Source: Macrostomum lignano
Taxonomy: Eukaryota
Direction of reading: 5' to 3'
DNA length: 64,000 nt
Assembly (NCBI GenBank): GCA_002269645.1
Contig: NIVC01000903.1
Location: 148,459-212,458 of the forward strand
In this document: in pieces, positions 49,313 through 61,116 of the stretch
Numbering within the stretch: position 1 is the stretch's first letter
Layout of the letters: each line of letters starts with the position of its first letter
Notes under the pieces: model-generated
Told to the model about the DNA's origin: nothing
What the model saw: the letters and a program-made list of their open reading frames with translations, nothing else
Databases searched by the model: none
Program-made: the position numbers and the translations under genes

Positions 49313-52300
49313 TGCAGTCCGAGCCCTGCCAATCGATGAAAAGGCGGCCATTTTGCCGGCGCCTCGCCGTAGACGGAACCGTCGATTGTCGGCGTCCAAA
49401 TCAGCTGGCGCGTCGAGCTTTGATGACTGCGCCGACGACGAGGAGCTCCAGCTTGAAGACCGCCGACAATCGAAGGAGGAGCGCGAAGCCGTTCTGATTG
49501 AACTGCCGTCGACGCCGCGCGGTGTAGCCAGACGGCACCAGCCGCGTCAGGACGCCGCCACGACCACCGACTCGCCGCGACTGCTGGCGGTTGTCGCTCC
49601 AACATTTGCGTCGCCAGCTTCATCAGCCTCAGGGGGTCCGCCGGCTTCGCTGCCCGGCGCCGCGGACCAGCCACAGCAGCCGCCACCGCCGTCGCCAAGT
49701 CCGCGCCCGGTCTCGGCAGCGGCCGTCCGAGTCGATCTGGACGACTTGCGCGCGGCGATGCGCGAAGCATCCGGGAAGTTCGGCCGCCTGCCAGCCCACG
49801 GAGTCATCATCCACTGCGGCGGGGTGCGCACCGCCTGCCTGGCGCACTCGGCCGTCCTGCCGAGACTGCAGACTCGGCTGCAGCGCCTACGCAGGCTGGA
49901 GAGCCGCCTGCTGCTGCTGGAGCTGCGACGCAAAATTGCGGCCAGAATGCGCGACCTGACGCTGCTGGCTGAGCAGATCGATCGCGTCCGTCGCCAAGAG
50001 GAGCGGCTGCTCCGGCGACGCCGCTCAGTCGGCAGCGTCGGCGCCAGCAGCGGCGGCAGGCGGATCAGCTCCAGCATCGAGTGCGTCTACGGGCTGTGCG
50101 AGCGGCTGCGGGCGAGCCTGAGCCAGCTGCAGCAGGTGAGAGCTTTTCGTGCATCTAACAGTTTTGCCAGACAGATTAGTTCTTGTAAAAAAACCAAGTT
50201 TCTAAAAATGCGTCAATGCGATTCAACTGACTCTTGAGAGCCTAGCAACTTTGTATTTCGGATCGCGTGAATCTGCTCTATGAAGAATTTTAGATAGTTC
50301 ACTCTGCATCCATAAAAATTGCTCGTGTAGGCAATTTTTGTACTTGGCTTCGTGCCAAGATTTTATCTCATCTACGTTGCCTTAGTTGCTGTACGGGATG
50401 GCTATTTTTACAACCGGAAGAGTCCATAATGAAATCTTACGCTTCAGCTGGACTGCATTGAGCTGAATGTCATTCAAAGAAGAGGATTGCTGGCACAGAT
50501 GCCTCACTCTGCTCTTTGCCTGTCACTAAATGCGTAAGATTTTATAATAGAGGAACAGTTTCTCTACTTTCAGTAGTAAGTATAAAATGCGTAAGCTATT
50601 TTATACAAAGCAAGACAGTTGAAAAAACGTAAACAACTTGCTAAAAGTGCATCCGTGATGCAAAATTAGCCAATTATAGGCTAAAAAAATTTCGAGGGAG
50701 TCCACGAAAATTTCGGGTGGAATGACGCGGACAGGTTCAGCTGGGGGTAGTCTTGCCCACCTCACGCTAACCCTAAAATAATATAGATTAGTATTTTCAG
50801 GAGGTCTGCGGGCACCCTTCGGCGACATCGTTCAATAACCAGCGCTGACAGAAATTCTGCTCATTCCGCTGACTCTGGAGCACTCACCCACACGCTCACA
50901 CAGGGTGTACAGCGGCCCTGACTTTCTAATCATCAGGCATGTACACTGTATGAGATTTGGAGGTTGGCCCTGTAAAGTCTAAATTGCAGTGAAATACTTT
51001 GATTTAACAGGGGGGTTGTAGCCTAGTGGTCAGAGCGTCGGACTCACGACTGAAAGGTCGGGGGTTCGATTCTCGACCCACTCCCCAACAATTTGTGTCC
51101 TTGAGCAAGACACTTAACTCTGCATTGCTTCAGCTCACCCAGCTGTAAAATGGGTGCCAGCATTAGCTGGGGTAATTGAGGCTGTGTGTGGCGACCCCCC
51201 AGTCCTTGGACTGAGCAGCCGTACGCAGCCTTCAGATGCGCCGCGCAATAGCTGCGGCTGAGCTGTCGGTTGCACATCTGGCCCAATTAGGGCAGGTGTA
51301 ATTAATTATGATTATTAATATAGCATTTTCCAAGCCAATTGAGCCTAGGAGCAATCAATTTAATCCTTACTGGGAGAATCAAGCTATTGAAGACTTGCTT
51401 TTCATTGTCTATGGCCCAAAAGGGGGTCTGTGGAGCAACCAATTTGAGAATCTTGGCACGCAATTAATCCTTTTCACAGTGCTCGTATATCCTTCACGAA
51501 TAACTTCACTGAAATAACGTCTGCAAATAGATGGCATATCAAAAAAACGATCGACATTAACATTTTGGTTTCAGAGAAACCAATCAAAACAGGCAAATGC
51601 AAAACCATAGCATACAGTATAAGCCGAGAACAATCGTGGCTCTCAAAACAGTGTTGGACAGATTGAAATCAAACCCGATCAATGTTCAGAGCTCTTTCAA
51701 CGTCATTAGAAGATTGCTATCCAGTGATAAAAGAAGCAGTTGCATGTGCTGCTCTTCCAGTTTCTATGCTCGATCTCCACCCCCTCGTGCGCGGTCCCAT
51801 CATCCCGTGATTTCATAGCGACGCCTGTTAGAATAAACTGTTTTTCTCTTTACGTCCAGCCATCGCGAAATGTGCTCAGCACTATCACCTCTCTCGATGG
51901 CAGCGACAATCAGGTCGTACTTTTCGTTGCTTATCTTGCAATAGGGTTCTCGCCCTGCAGGATTCTGCTCAACCACTGCATCTTGGGCTATAGCAGAACT
52001 TTCGTCACTGCTCTGCTTGCTAAATTCTTCGTCTGCCATATCTATTTTTGTCTAATGAAATCTGTTATTTTCTATGGTCTAAGGCTTGCACAACTGTGGA
52101 AAGGATTAATAGCGTGCCCAAATTCTCAAATTGGTTGCTCCATAGACCCCCCTTTTGGGCCATAGACAATGAAAAGCAAGTCTTCAATAGCTTGATTTTC
52201 CCACTAAGGATTAATGCTCCTAGGCTCAATTGTCATTAACCTTTCTTAGCTCAAGTGTCCCTTTTCGGGGTATCAATGAATGAAATTTCGTCTCGAATTT

Positions 52301-55300
52301 TCGTAGTCTATGGTAAAACAAGTTCCAACCAAGTATGCTATTATATTTTAAAAGAAATTATACTTTATAGGATTATTATGATTTAGTTTTCTTTTACGCT
52401 TTCGTACTTTTATAATTTCGTAACAGTAAAGCAACAATTTTCGGCTTGTTAGTTAAGTTCATCCAATCAGAAAACGTTTTACTTTTTCCAAGCTACTGCT
52501 TACCAACTCCAGTTAGATTAAACGTGCAATTCTGGAAGGTCCCGTTCAAGTTCACGACGATTGCAGCCGGCTCTGATTTCCGTTCTCCATACTTGGTTTC
52601 AATAGCCCTTGTCTCACTGATCGCCACTTCACCATCCTGACCAACACGACGGATAGAGACCTGGGAGGCGCTTGTCTCGACGCTCAGCGCTGATGACATC
52701 GCACGGAAGTCGGCATCGCGCCTCACTCGCGTATAGCGCTCTACGCTCGCTGAATTATTGTGGCCGGTGTTAACCGCGATGGCAGCGTTTGAGCAGCCGC
52801 TCTCCTTCAGTACTGTCACGTGTGTCAAGTTGGTCAGACAGAACTGTGTCAGACAGAACTTTCTAGAATCGTTGCTTAAAAACGCGGCTCCATAGCCCCG
52901 TCCTCTCGATTGATCCGAGTGTTTAGTCTATGGCACAAAGATTTGCCCATCTACCGAAAAAAATAGCCTTCGACCATAGACTTTCTCAACTTTCTGCCCA
53001 TCTCTAACATAGTGCCCGCAAATTTCCACATTGTTACCCGCAAATTTCTTGCATTGATTAAGTTAATCGGGTGCGCGCCCTCAAAATTCCACATTGACAA
53101 CTGCAAAATTCTATGTTAATGTTATATTGGCTTGAAAAAAGCTATATTTAACAAGCTTTCTACTAAACGCGATTGCAGGTGCGCCTGTTCACCCAGCAAA
53201 GCTGCGTGCTGCAGGCCAGCCTGTCGGAGGCGCGGCCCCTGCTGACCGCCTATCAGGCAGCCGCCGGGCTTGAGCTGTCCCGCGCCTTGGCCAGCACCCG
53301 CGATCTGGTCCGCGCCGGCCTTCGCGCCCTCGCTAGCGCCGATTTGAGCCGCTACTCACCGGATGACCTGTTTGAGATCTCGCGCGGCATCGAAGAGTTC
53401 AACAGTGTCCTCGAGTTGGCCAAGGCTCATCAGCGCTCCCTGAGGGTGGCCTGCCGCTGTTCGGAGTTCGCCGAATACGCGGCGCCTCGCCTCGCCCTCG
53501 AGGACCTCCGGCCGATGTCGCTGACGAAAATCTTAGCCTGCCTGGCCGCCGAACGGTCCGCCGTGCCCACGGAGATGCTGCACGACTTCTACTGCGCCAA
53601 CCGGGACCTGCTTCGCTTCCTGCGCAGTCAGACCGCCGACGGCTGCAGCGCAATCCTCTACGGCATCGACTGCGGCGGCGGCGGCGAGCGCGGCCGGAGA
53701 AATAATTTCGATGACAACCAGCAGGACGATGACGACGACGACTACGATGATGGCGAGTTCACCGACGAGGCGCACGGGGCGGCGAAGAAGCAGCCGGGCG
53801 GCGGCGTCGGCGGCGGCAACAAGCGGTCTCCCGGTCGACACCGCACCTCCGACTACTACAGCGACGAGGTGTCCAGCCTGCACCATCAGTCGGAGCGGGC
53901 CGAGCGCGCCCTGAGCCGCTTCACCGACCGGCTGGTGCGGCAGGGCAGCCCGCTGGCCGAGTTCGTGCAGCAGGAGACCGAGTTCGCGTCCGGCTTTCTC
54001 GACTGCCTCGCCCAGAGCACCAAGCTGCTGCCCCGGCCGCAACAGCAGCAGATTCTGCAACAACGCGCGGACGAGTCCCCGGTAACAGCAGCGGCCAGCG
54101 GCGGCAGTAAAAAAGGCGTGCACTGGTCTGACCACTCAGATGTGAGCCTTCGGCACCAGGTGGTGGCCAGGTACCTGGACCTGGTGTGGCGCGAGGCCGA
54201 TGCCTGCTTTGCCTACCGGATCGCCAAGCCGATGTGGCCCATAGAAGCTTCGCCAAGCAAGAGGCTTGGCAGCTGCCGACTGATGGAGCCGGCCGCGATG
54301 CAGCTGCTGGGCTACACGGTGCAGTTCACCGCCACGGACGCCCTGTTCCCGCCTCGGCCGGCCTCCCTGCTGCCCTTCCTGCACTCCGTGGCCCTCCGGC
54401 TGCACCTGCAGGCCTGCCATGCGATGTGGGAGGCCGGCTTCTCTCGCTTCCTCGGCCTGGCGCAGCGGCCGGACAGCGCGCAGCCAACCCTGCTGGCCAG
54501 CGGGCCGCGCTGCTCCCGCCTGGGCAAGGCCTTCCTGGACTGCCTGCGGCCCTGCCTAAAGGCCATCGGCCTCTGCATCGCTGAATTGGAGGCCTGGGTT
54601 CGCGGCCGGCGGGGCGTGCGGCAACATCAGCAGCAGCAGCAGCTGCAGCCGCAAGCGTCGGGCAGTCCGCCAGACGTTCAGCTGGAGCCGTACATGGCCT
54701 TCCTCAACCACTGGCTGCTCACCGCCTCGCTCTCCTGCCGAGTCTTCTTACGCGCGGTCGGTTCCATCGCCGACACCGCCGCTGCCAACGACCAGCCCGG
54801 CGTCTGCGCCTTCCTGGCGCTCACCGACCTGCAGTTCGCCGAGGCGGAGCTCCGCTCGGTCGGGACGGCCTTCAAGAGGCTCCGCCGGCTACCGGATCGG
54901 CACGTCCGCCTGCGCGCTCGCCTGGCTGCGTTCGGCGCCGAAGCGACTGGCGCCGTTGCCGAAAAACGCGCTAGCCTGCTGTCCAGCTTTGCCGAGCAGT
55001 GCCGTGCCAAGGCCCGGCGCCAGCTGGCCGAGGCCGGGCTGCCCCGCGGTCGCCACGACTGGAAGCTGGCGCCGGCCGACGTTGAGCAGCTTCGCCCGCG
55101 GCCGTACGCCCAGGCGCTGGTGGCCGCCTGCCTGGAGCCGGCCGTCAAAGCCGTCGCTCCGCTGAGCCGCCAGGCCCGCCTTGAAGGCCTCGGCCCGCCT
55201 CTGGCCGCCCTGGCCGAAGCCTGGAGCTCCGCCATCGTCGCGGGCCGGCCGCGGCTTCGCGTGAATTTCTACGGCGCCAAACAGATGGAGGCGGATGTTG

Positions 55301-56319
55301 AATACCTGCTGGACTACCTGGACAGCGCCTGCGGCGATCGCGACCTCACCGACAGCCTGATGGCCCTGCAGCCGGTGCGCTGCCTTCGAGCTGGAGTCCG
55401 CCTGCTGAAGCGTCAGCCAGCGCCGGCTGGCGCCGCGGCCGTTCGCCCGTCAGCTCGCCGGCTGGTCACCTGCGGCGGCAGCTCGGATGCGGGAGTTGAA
55501 TCGAACTCAGCCCGGTCCATCGGGGGGCCGGAGGCTAAGGTGAGTCCCCAGTCCTCAATCCAAATCTCCAAGTCCCAGTCCCAGTCCCCAGTCCCAGTCC
55601 CAGTCCCAGTCCCAGTCCGAGTCCCCAGTCCCAGTCCCCAGTCCCAGTCCCCAGTCCGAGTCCCCAGTCCCAGTCCCCAGTCCCAGTCCCCAGTCATCAG
55701 TCCCAGTCCCCAGTCCCAGTCCCCAGTCCCAGTCCCCAGTCATCAGTCCCCAGTCCCAGTCCCAGTCCCAGTCCCCAGTCCCAGTCCCCAGTCCCAGTCC
55801 CCAGTCCCAGTCCCAGTCCCAGTCTCCAGTCTCAGTCCCAGTCACAGTCCCAGTCCCAGTCCCAGTCCCAGTCCCAGTCCCCAGTCCCAGTCCCCAGTCC
55901 CCAGTCCCCAGTCCCAGTCCCCAGAATTTTCGTCAGCGCTGGTTGTGGAACGATGTATTTCAAAGGGTTTTACCATAGACAAAACTCAGACAAGAACTAT
56001 CCTAAACATGGGAAAAATCCATTAAAGAGATAGGAACATCGGGAACCGTTGCTTGCTTGTCGGTCTCTGATGGCATTTTGGTGCACAGCCAACAGTATGA
56101 ACTACATGTAGACAAGCTTGTGAACCACAGAAATGCTGCAAATTCAGACTGTGAGATCTGGCCAATAAATTATTTAGTTAGCAGACACCTACAACGAATT
56201 TGAATTCACGCGCCTCCGGTTTCCAGGGTGACAGAGACGCGGACTGCCTGATCAACAAGCAGCAGTGGCTGGCTCTGCGCACAGAGGGCCAGCGCAAGTT
56301 TATTGCAATCTGCGGCTGA
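49305..56319 (+). CDS. CCDC142: Coiled-coil domain-containing protein 142 homolog, ~1094 aa, 3 coding exons
   Basis: Exons 49305-50135, 53179-55539, 56227-56319; GT-AG, all phase 0. Segments LQTRLQRLRRLE, RPMSLTKILACLAAER, YLDLVW, WEAGFSRFLG, EQCRAKARRQL..LPRGRHDWK, PYAQALVAACLEP, GAKQMEADV and terminal NKQQWLALR parallel recalled human CCDC142 (e.g. NQQAWLALR). The start codon is uncertain. Confidence 0.85.
51012..51317 (+). mobile_element. tRNA-derived CORE-type SINE, full-length copy, in CCDC142 intron 1
   Basis: Box A TAGCCTAGTGG, box B GGTTCGATTCT, then TGTGTCCTTGAGCAAGACACTTAACTC...CAGCTGTAAAATGGG resembling the MIR/CORE consensus. A GC-rich stem-loop 3' part and an AT-rich tail follow. 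A second copy is at 42575-42849. Confidence 0.85.
51341..52227 (-). mobile_element. Non-autonomous DNA transposon, 887 bp, ~140-bp TIRs (GAGCCTAGGAGCA...TGCTCCTAGGCTC), flanked by AATT, carrying a decayed HTH transposase N-terminus
   Basis: 51341-~51480 is the reverse complement of ~52094-52227 at roughly 90% identity. AATT lies at 51337-51340 and 52228-52231. The minus ORF from 52039 reads IVAAIERGDSAEHISRWLDVKRKTVYSNRRRYEITG*..RGGGDRA*KLEEQH..TLKEL*. Confidence 0.8.
52304..52933 (-). mobile_element. Crypton-like tyrosine-recombinase element remnant (YR C-terminus only)
   Basis: ORF 52828-52493 reads VTVLKESGCSNAAIAVNTGHNNSASVERYTR...AMSSAL...GTFQNCTFN, giving the TGH and catalytic-Tyr spacing. 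It is bracketed by direct repeats TAGTCTATGG at 52304-52313 and 52924-52933. Confidence 0.65.
55545..55922. repeat. (CCCAGT/CCCCAGT)n repeat starting at the donor of the last CCDC142 intron
   Basis: Direct observation; follows AAG|GTGAGT at 55539/55540. Confidence 0.93.
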
Positions 56320-57009
56320 GATGCTCGTATTTCTACTGTCAGTAGCCCAGATGGCTTGTTTCAGATTATTACATTTTTAATTTTAACTGTCAAGATTATT
56401 TATCTATTATTCTATGAATATTCAACACTTGTATTCTTTGATCTTTTAATCACCTGATTTCAAGCATTAACAGATTATATTTATGTTATTGTTTAAACTG
56501 TACGCGCTTCACATTCAGGTAGAATTTGCCACAGGCTTATCTCTGCGTTCGCTTTTATTAGTAAATTATTTATCTATTCAAAGTCTGTGTTTTCATGTTA
56601 ATTGCTAGTTGTTAATTACACTTAATTGTGTTTTTATTTTCGTTATCTAAATAACGAACTTTTCAATTGTGATTTTAAAATAATTGTGCTTATTATTGGG
56701 CTGACCTAAGAAATATTTATGAGATAAACTTTGATTGTATTTGAATCAGGCTTCAAATTTATGATCATATTTATGCAAAAGCTATACTGTTTTCACTCAA
56801 TATTTATCAGACAGGCTGTGATTAAAAATATATTTCGATTCCTGTCGAATTTTCAAAATAAGAAAACTTTACACAGATAACACAGATGCACACACGCTAA
56901 ACCAAAGTGACAGCCTCACTTTATCAGGCATTTTATGAAATCATTTTAACTAAAACCATTAGAGCGTTAGGTTCTAAAATACCGCAGTTGCTACGGGAAC
57001 GAAAATGCT

Positions 57010-58044
57010 GTTGCTATGGCAACATATATAAAGTAGCTGTGAAAACCTACATGCAGTTTTTATGTTAACATACAGAATTGCTATAGCAACATAGACACCT
57101 AAGATTGCTATGTTGAACAGCATACATTTGCTATAGCAACCTACATACCTACAGTTGCTATGACAATCAGATACAGTTGCTATAGCAACCTACATGCTTA
57201 CAGTAGCTATGACAATCAGATAAAATACATTTGCTATAGCAACCTACATACCTACAGTTGCTATGACAATCAGATACAGTTGCTATTAGCAACCTGCATG
57301 CCTACAGTTGCTATGACAATCAAGATACAGTTGCTATAGCAACCTGCATGCCTACAGTTGCTATGACAATCAGATACAGTTGCTATAGCAACCTACATGC
57401 TTACAGTAGCTATGACAATCAGATACATTTGCTATAGCAACCTACATACCTACAGTTGCTATGACAATCAAGATACAGTTGCTATAGCAACCTGCATTCC
57501 TACAGTTGCTATGACAATCAAGATACAGTTGCTATAGCAACCTACATACCTACAGTTGCTATGACAATCAGATACAGTTGCTATTAGCAACCTGCATGCC
57601 TACAGTTGCTATGACAATCAGATACAGTTGCTATAGCAACCTACATGCTTACAGTAGCTATGACAATCAGATACATTTGCTATAGCAACCTACATACCTA
57701 CAGTTGCTATGACAATCAAGATACAGTTGCTATAGCAACCTGCATTCCTACAGTTGCTATGACAATCAAGATACAGTTGCTATAGCAACCTGCATTCCTA
57801 CAGTTGCTATGACAATCAAGATACAGTTGCTATAGCAACCTGCATTCCTACAGTTGCTATGACAATCAAGATACAGTTGCTATAGCAACCTGCATTCCTA
57901 CAGTTGCTATGACAATCAAGATACAGTTGCTATTAGCAACCTACGTACCTACAGTTGCTATAGCAACCTGCATGCCTACAGTTGCTATGACAATCAAGAT
58001 ACAGTTGCTATAGCAACCTGCATGCCTACAGTTGCTATGACAAC
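57010..58044. repeat. ~50-bp minisatellite (GATACAGTTGCTATAGCAACCTGCATTCCTACAGTTGCTATGACAATCAA)n, two X-box-like palindromes per unit
   Basis: Period 50 at 57721/57771, with 49-bp variants. Confidence 0.95.
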
Positions 58045-58444
58045 CTACATTTTCTCTAGACACATTGATGCCAGGCTGGGTTGCAACGTCGCGGGTTTTT
58101 TCTTGTGCACTTTCAAACAGCACGACAGGCAGGTCAGTCCTAAAACTGGAGCAGAAGCCCCTCAGGTCTTGAGTAGCTGTCAAAAAATATTTTTTGATTT
58201 TACAGGCTCACTGTCAGTTTTCTGGGCTAATAGCCGCTAAACATTGAGTAAGTCTTTAATGATCTTGGCTCGTCTGCTCAGAGGGAAAATAAGGCAGATC
58301 AGTCTCGAATGTGCGCCTAAAAAGGAGTAACACAGGATTTATGAGAAATATTTTGTACAAGCAGAGACATTGTAGCACCTGCGAAGAAAAACTGGCATTT
58401 AATTAATAAGAAAGTCGTTGATTCACACAATGGGCCAAATAAAT

Positions 58445-58788
58445 ATGACTCAACATGGTTCAATCAGTCAGTGACTCAAGTTGATCAAAAATCAGTCAGT
58501 GACTCAAGTTGGTCAAAAATCAGTCAGTGACTCAAGTTGGTCAAAAATCAGTCAGTGACTCAAGTTGATCAAAAATCAGTCAGTGACTCAAGTTGGTCAA
58601 AAATCAGTCAGCGACTCAAGTTGGTCAAAAATCAGTCAGTGACTCAAGTTGGTCAAAAATCAGTCAGCGACTCAAGTTGGTCAAAAATCAGTCAGTGACT
58701 CAAGTTGGTCAAAAATCAGTCAGTGACTCAAGTTGGTCAAAAATCAACGAGCGACTCAAGTTGGTCAAAAATCAGTCAGCGACTCAAG
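58445..58788. repeat. 28-bp minisatellite (AATCAGTCAGTGACTCAAGTTGGTCAAA)n, ~12 units
   Basis: GACTCAAG at 58501 and 58529 gives a period of 28. Confidence 0.94.
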
Positions 58789-59474
58789 AGCCCACAGTCA
58801 AAGCTACCCGTTATGAAAAGCAAGTCCGCAATTTCCAAGAACACATGACGGTCAGCAGCCCTACCCTCCCAATCAGTCACCCGTCCTTCGGACAGCCAGC
58901 TTATCGAGAAGCAAAAAGTTTGGGTCAAGATCGAATCTTTGGCTGAATGGTCGTTTTCGAGAATCGGAGGAGAGGAGGCCAGGCTGCTACAGCCTCTAAG
59001 ATTGTGTACAGAACGGGAGAGAGAGGGAGAGAGAGCGCCCTTAACTGCATGCGTTTCCGGCGCTCGCCTAAAAATACGAGGGTACTGTTGTAGCCGAACT
59101 GTGACTGGCTGTGCGTGCTGTGCCAGTTTTCTATGCCAGCGAGAGTTGGATTCGTCTGAAGGAGGAGTACATGTAGGTGGGGGGGGGGGCAGACTTTGAC
59201 GGGACCTCCGTACCCCCCTCATCCGGACCCCCACTTCATCCCCCACCGCCAAAAATGTAACGCGGTGGGTGGACTAGCGAATTCGCAAGCTTATAAACTT
59301 AAGTTCTACATGACGACTTCATTCGCTGTACCCAATAGTTTGATAAATTCTTGCGTTAGTAGCTGGCGGACTTTAATTACGACTGTGCTTTCATTGCATC
59401 GCTGAACTTCTGGGTGAGTTATGGAAAAGCTATGCACTGCGTCTGAATGGGAACGGTGAGGATAGAGGAGGGCG

Positions 59475-59825
59475 ATGTGTAAATGGGGAGCTGTGTGAAT
59501 GGGGAGCTGTGTGAATGGGGAGCTGTGTGAATGGGGAGCTGTGTGAATGGGGCGCTGTGTGAATGCAGTGCTGTGTGAATGGGGCGCTGTGTGAATGGGG
59601 AGCTGTGTGAATGGGGCGCTGTGTGAATGGGGAGCTGTGTGAATGGGGCGCTGTGTGAATGGGGAGCTGTGTGAATCGGGGCACAGTGAATAGAGAAGGG
59701 CAATGTGTGAATGCAGTGCTGTGTGAATTGGGAGTGGTGTTAATGGAGAGAATAAAGGAGAGCACTGTGTGAATAGGGGCGCTATGAATTGTATGGGCAC
59801 TGTGAATAAAGGCACTGTGAATGGG
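59475..59825. repeat. 16-bp minisatellite (GGGGAGCTGTGTGAAT)n, degenerate at its right end
   Basis: Direct periodicity. Confidence 0.92.
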
Positions 59826-60137
59826 TCAAAAGCATCGCTTCAGCACCCTGTCAGTCTGAGCTCTCGAATATTCTCAGCAGTGAGCTGAAGGTCTTTGCAG
59901 TAAGCCCGGGGCAGAGCGAGATAAGGGCAGGGAATCTTAGGGTCAAGTGTGTTTCTGTGTCCCCAACTGCAGCAGGCTTGAGTGATAAAAAAAGTTTGCA
60001 GACTGAGGGAGGGGAGGAGAGCAGTGAATGCTGCATACAAACTGACAGAGTGGGTCTTTGGTTCACTGAAATAGTAGAACTTCTAATGAATGCTCACCAA
60101 GATGACGGACAGAGCGAGTTCTTTGCATTAGCTTTCT

Positions 60138-60466
60138 AACCCGGGTGATCAATTAGCTGCATGACTCATAACTCGGGTGATCAATTAGCTGCATGACTCA
60201 TAACTCGGGTGATCAATTAGCTACATGGCTCATAACCGGGTGATCAATTAGCTGCATGACTCATAACCCGGGTGATCAATTAGCTACGTGACTCACAACC
60301 CGGGTGATCAATTAGCTACATGACTCATAACCCGGGTGATCAATTAGCTACATGACTCACAACCCGGGTGATCAATTAGCTACATGACTCACAACCCGGG
60401 TGATCAATTAGCTACATTACTCACAACCCGGGTGATCAATTAGCTACATGACTCACAACCCGGGTG
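60138..60466. repeat. 32-bp minisatellite (CCCGGGTGATCAATTAGCTACATGACTCACAA)n, ~10 units
   Basis: AACCCGGG at 60361 and 60393 gives a period of 32. Confidence 0.95.
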
Positions 60467-61116
60467 ACTAGATAGCTGCGATGCTCAAGTCTAAGGTGAC
60501 ACTATTGGTTGGAGCACTAGCTATAAGAAAATAACAAAGCAATCATAGGTTGCATAAATAATTTTACACATTGGTGATGAAATTTGCATCACGCACAGCT
60601 AGCCTCAAATCTCAAATTCGGTTCCCTCATGCTCTTCAACAAGACTCGGCCACCCATTGCGTGCCCTGTTTTATTGTCGATTTGCCTTCACTCAGTTTCC
60701 CTCGCTGCGTCGCCATCTCACATTTTTGCATTGAAATTCTTTTCGATAGGCTTGTCCCATTGGAATCTGGGACACGGCCACCCTGCAGTTGAAAAAAGGA
60801 CGAGGGAGACAGAGAGAGAGAGGGAGGTGCGAAAGGCGAGGAGAATTAGGAATTTAATTCCCCGAGGGGAGCGGCGGGCTGTGCGCGGCTCTTGCAGTCT
60901 TCGAGCTGGCTGTTTAACCCGCCCCTATGGGGTTGGGGGATGAGATGCTGGGGCAAAGCATGGTATGTGTGGGCGCAGATTTTCGACTGAAAAAAATTCT
61001 CTCTCCCGCAGCCACTCACAATTGGATTCGAAGCATTTAGAGGATCAGCTGCGATCAGAAATTTTTGCATTCAAATGCAACGTATTAGCGTAGCAACTAA
61101 ACGACAAAGCGACGTG

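Noticed and set aside
51012-51086. tRNA gene (apparent CAC anticodon)
   Set aside because: The acceptor, anticodon and T stems pair poorly, there is no T-run terminator, and it continues into a CORE-like body repeated at 42575; it is a SINE head.
55540-56025. Ser/Pro/Val-rich C-terminus of the 950-aa ORF
   Set aside because: It begins at a strong AAG|GTGAGT donor. (CCCAGT)n has no stop in any + frame, so openness is trivial, and the conserved QQWLALR exon lies at 56227.
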